From the NCBI GenBank assembly GCA_043803945.1, contig JAZDJN010000067.1, positions 1 to 26,156 of the forward strand: 26,156 nucleotides of DNA. Direction: 5' to 3'. The notes below the pieces were generated by a model. The model was not told where the DNA came from. It did not search any database and saw only the letters and a list, made by a program, of their open reading frames with translations. Below are positions 23,755 through 26,156 of this stretch, in pieces (position 1 is the stretch's first letter; each line of letters begins with the position of its first letter). This stretch comes from a bacterium (GTDB taxonomy: Bacteria > Bacteroidota > Ignavibacteria > UBA10030). Position numbers and translations under genes: made by a program.

Positions 23755-25377
23755 AATACCAAGTCAATCATCGCAGCCATCGTTACCCTCTTCTTAATCG
23801 TCGGAGTGGCATCTGGACAAAAAATCAAGAACAAATCAACATTTACCAACAATGGTATAATGTCTGTAGGGACGTTCCAGAATTATAATGGAGCTGCTGG
23901 TACATTGGACAACAATAATGGAGCAACCCTCACAGTCTCGGCGCTTCTAGATAACAAGTATAACGCAGCCACAGTCAATAACCTGGGTACGATCACTATG
24001 ACAGGGGCAAGTACATTTGATAATAGTTTGTCAGGTGGAATCGTCTCCAACACAAGTAACGGTCTAATCAACATGTCAGGTGCCACCAGTGTTTATGATA
24101 ACACAGCTGGAACTACAACAAATTCTACCACAGCAGCGGGTAAGGGATTCAGGTTTGTAAATGCAGCTGGAGGGGCATTAGTGCCAGGTTCGGGTTTCAC
24201 AACTTCCTCGGGTAGAGTTGAATATGCCGGTACGGGTGGAACAGTCTATTCAGGAGTTGCAACTGGTACATATGGTAAACTCGAAATTAACACATCAGGA
24301 ACACGAACGATGGATAACTCAATCTCTGTGGGAGATGTGACCCTGACTGCCGGAACCTTCGATGTCGGTAGTGGCTATAAGTTGACAGTAACAGGGGTTG
24401 GAGGGGTAGCAGGAGCTGGTGCTTTGACAGCTAATGGGAGTACGACCACTGAGGTTGATTATGCAGGTCCCGATGGACAACCGATTAAATCTACTACGTA
24501 TGCAAAACTGACTCTGAGTGGTGCTGGCACACGACAAAAGACGATCAGTGGCGATGTGACCGTTGCTAATGCACTTAAAATCGATGCGGGTAATGAACTT
24601 CTTATTCCTGAGACCCCATCTCTCTATACCCTAACACTCAACAGCAGTTCAGTCCTGGACAACTCAGGTTGGGTTCGTATTTATGGCGACATTTCTTTTG
24701 GATCCTCGATGACTCTCACAGCCATTGGTTCATTTGAGTATGGACGAGTAGCTGCAGGTCAAGTTGTAAAGCCATTTTCATATGCTAATTTGACTTTGTC
24801 GGCTGGAGCAAAAACGATGGGTGTCGCTCCTGCTGATGCGATCTCAGTTTCTGGTACATATAATGCAGGCGCAACGGCTGATTATCGCAGCAACACAACG
24901 TCATTCACTTATGCAGGCGGTGGTGCCCAAGATGTCCGTGCCGGTAACTACTATACTTTAGCGATGACGACGGGGGGAGCAAAGTCGATTGGAGCAGGCG
25001 TTGCTGTTGAAGCAAAAACTGTTACAGTTGCCACTGGTGCTCTTACTATTGATGGAACAGGGTCATTACAAGTTGGCTATACTGGACAAAATGGAAGCAT
25101 GTCGATTTCGAGCAACTTCACTAATAATGGTGACTTAACACTCGGACACAACAATGCTTCACCGACATTTTATGCATCCCTCACGTTCTCTGGTGCAACT
25201 CTTACGAATAACTTAAACATAAGAGTATTTGGCAGTGATGCGTTGGGAACGTACTTCTTACAGAACGATGCAACAACTGAATTAGTCAACAGTGCTACGG
25301 GCGTCATTGCATTAAAGGCTGCGGATTTTGTGAACAATGCTTCATTTTCGAATGCTGGCAGTATCACGGTTGAATAG
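23752..25377 (+). CDS. Secreted beta-helix repeat protein, candidate major filament subunit
   Basis: ATG 23752 follows AAAAGGAG and gives a canonical signal peptide MNTKSIIAAIVTLFLIVGVASG|Q. Repeats VEYAGTGG...YGKLEI, VDYAGPDGQPIKSTTYAKLTLSG and FTYAGGGAQDVRAGNYYTL. Ends ADFVNNASFSNAGSITVE. Confidence 0.85.
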   Translation: MNTKSIIAAIVTLFLIVGVASGQKIKNKSTFTNNGIMSVGTFQNYNGAAGTLDNNNGATLTVSALLDNKYNAATVNNLGTITMTGASTFDNSLSGGIVSNTSNGLINMSGATSVYDNTAGTTTNSTTAAGKGFRFVNAAGGALVPGSGFTTSSGRVEYAGTGGTVYSGVATGTYGKLEINTSGTRTMDNSISVGDVTLTAGTFDVGSGYKLTVTGVGGVAGAGALTANGSTTTEVDYAGPDGQPIKSTTYAKLTLSGAGTRQKTISGDVTVANALKIDAGNELLIPETPSLYTLTLNSSSVLDNSGWVRIYGDISFGSSMTLTAIGSFEYGRVAAGQVVKPFSYANLTLSAGAKTMGVAPADAISVSGTYNAGATADYRSNTTSFTYAGGGAQDVRAGNYYTLAMTTGGAKSIGAGVAVEAKTVTVATGALTIDGTGSLQVGYTGQNGSMSISSNFTNNGDLTLGHNNASPTFYASLTFSGATLTNNLNIRVFGSDALGTYFLQNDATTELVNSATGVIALKAADFVNNASFSNAGSITVE

Positions 25378-25650
25378 TTTTAAGAAAAAGATAATTTACT
25401 CTACTTGGAGGGAATGCTAGCATCAGAAGTAGCGCACCTCAAATATGAGTGTTAGTGGAAATCATCATTAAAGAATGATGAAGGAATCATAGGTAGAACA
25501 TATGTACTATCAATGAGACCAAACATATGGAACAACCAATAAGGACCATACCGGCGCGTCCGCACGCGCAGGTTTACGAACTGGCGTTACCTCGTGGGAG
25601 TACTCTGTCCATTAAGCTGGGAGGTCCGGAGGATTCGCCTAATAAGTTGA

Positions 25651-25700
25651 GAGGGAGCTCCGCCATTAAGACGGGCAAGTCCGCTCCCAATCTTCGCGGG
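25651..25700. repeat. REP-like palindromic element A, copy 1
   Basis: GAGGGAGCTCCGCC...ACGGGCAAGTCCGCTCCCAATCTTCGCGGG matches the copy at 26104-26156. Confidence 0.7.
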
Positions 25701-25718
25701 TGTAGTCCGCCCATCCTG

Positions 25719-25975
25719 GAACCTTCCGAAGGTCACAGAGGTGGCCTTAGGAACCTTCGGAAGGGCGGTAAGTTCGCACGCGAAACAATTTCCTGCGCAC
25801 GCGGTGATCCGAAAAACAAACACCCTCTCCTCGTAGGAGAGGGAAAGGGTGAGGTTGCTCCACGCGGTGATCCCGGAAAGATTGAACCTTCCGAAGGTAA
25901 CAGCGGTGACCTTAGGAACCTTTGGAAGGCCGGTAAGTTCGCACGCGAAACGATCGCGAATACGCGCGGTGATCC
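25719..25975. repeat. Two 92-bp direct repeats (REP-like element B) at 25719-25810 and 25884-25975, flanking a third hairpin type
   Basis: GAACCTTCCGAAGGT...CCTTAGGAACCTT(C/T)GGAAGG.CGGTAAGTTCGCACGCGAAAC...CGCGGTGATCC occurs twice with a 165-bp period. Between the copies lies CCCTCTCCTCGTAGGAGAGGGAAAGGGTGAGG (25823-25854). Confidence 0.8.
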
Positions 25976-26103
25976 AAACCTTTTGAATGTCGGTCATCGT
26001 GAGGTTGACGTGGGAACCCCATGGTTGAAGGTAACCTTCAGCTATGGAATATCTCAGAGGAAGGTTACCTTCTTCAGCGCAGAACCGCCTCTGTACCTAT
26101 TGG

Positions 26104-26156
26104 GAGGGAGCCCCGCCAAAATAACGGCGGGCAAGTCCGCTCCCGACCATCGCGGG
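26104..26156. repeat. REP-like palindromic element A, copy 2 (reaches the window edge)
   Basis: GAGGGAGCCCCGCCAAAATAACGGCGGGCAAGTCCGCTCCCGACCATCGCGGG, with nested stems GGGAGC/GCTCCC and CCCGCC/GGCGGG. Confidence 0.7.

Noticed and set aside
23465-23755. 96-aa ORF and the 23617 start of the last gene
   Set aside because: Low-complexity translation of the leader repeats. Neither start has a good SD, whereas 23659 and 23752 do.
25378-25560. Intrinsic terminator after the last gene
   Set aside because: Only weak AT-rich stems are present (e.g. TCATCATT/AATGATGA), without a GC stem plus U-tract.
25587-25997. 136-aa minus-strand ORF with an internal repeat
   Set aside because: It is the translation of the palindromic DNA repeats and is most likely spurious.
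25651-26156. CRISPR array
   Set aside because: The repeats are 50-92 bp, of mixed types, present in only two copies each, without uniform spacers, and no cas genes are present.

Overview
A single + strand surface-appendage locus, probably from an FCB-group bacterium of Ignavibacteria/Chlorobi type. All nine complete exported proteins have Gln right after the predicted signal-peptide cut, yet several genes use strong AGGAG Shine-Dalgarno sites. Gene order: four tandem Cys-free DUF4402/Csu-like pilins (the first cut by the window edge), a PapD-like chaperone, a divergent usher-like outer-membrane protein, a small secreted protein with a donor-strand-like N-terminus, two stand-alone NarL-type receiver proteins, a 4898-aa Thr/Ser/Gly/Asn-rich repeat protein (about five 720-900-aa modules, predicted beta-helix plus beta-sandwich), and two smaller related beta-helix proteins. 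The window ends in a mosaic of REP-like palindromes. The most striking signal is that the three beta-helix proteins have no recognisable T9SS CTD or autotransporter barrel but share a register-exact 18-aa C-terminal motif. Its core (hydrophobic-x-N-x-x-x-F-x-N-x-G) also opens the mature N-termini of the two smaller proteins but not of the giant. This suggests a head-to-tail polymerising beta-solenoid filament with a giant terminal subunit, encoded next to a chaperone-usher pilus. Family assignments come from motif reading only; no database searches were run.
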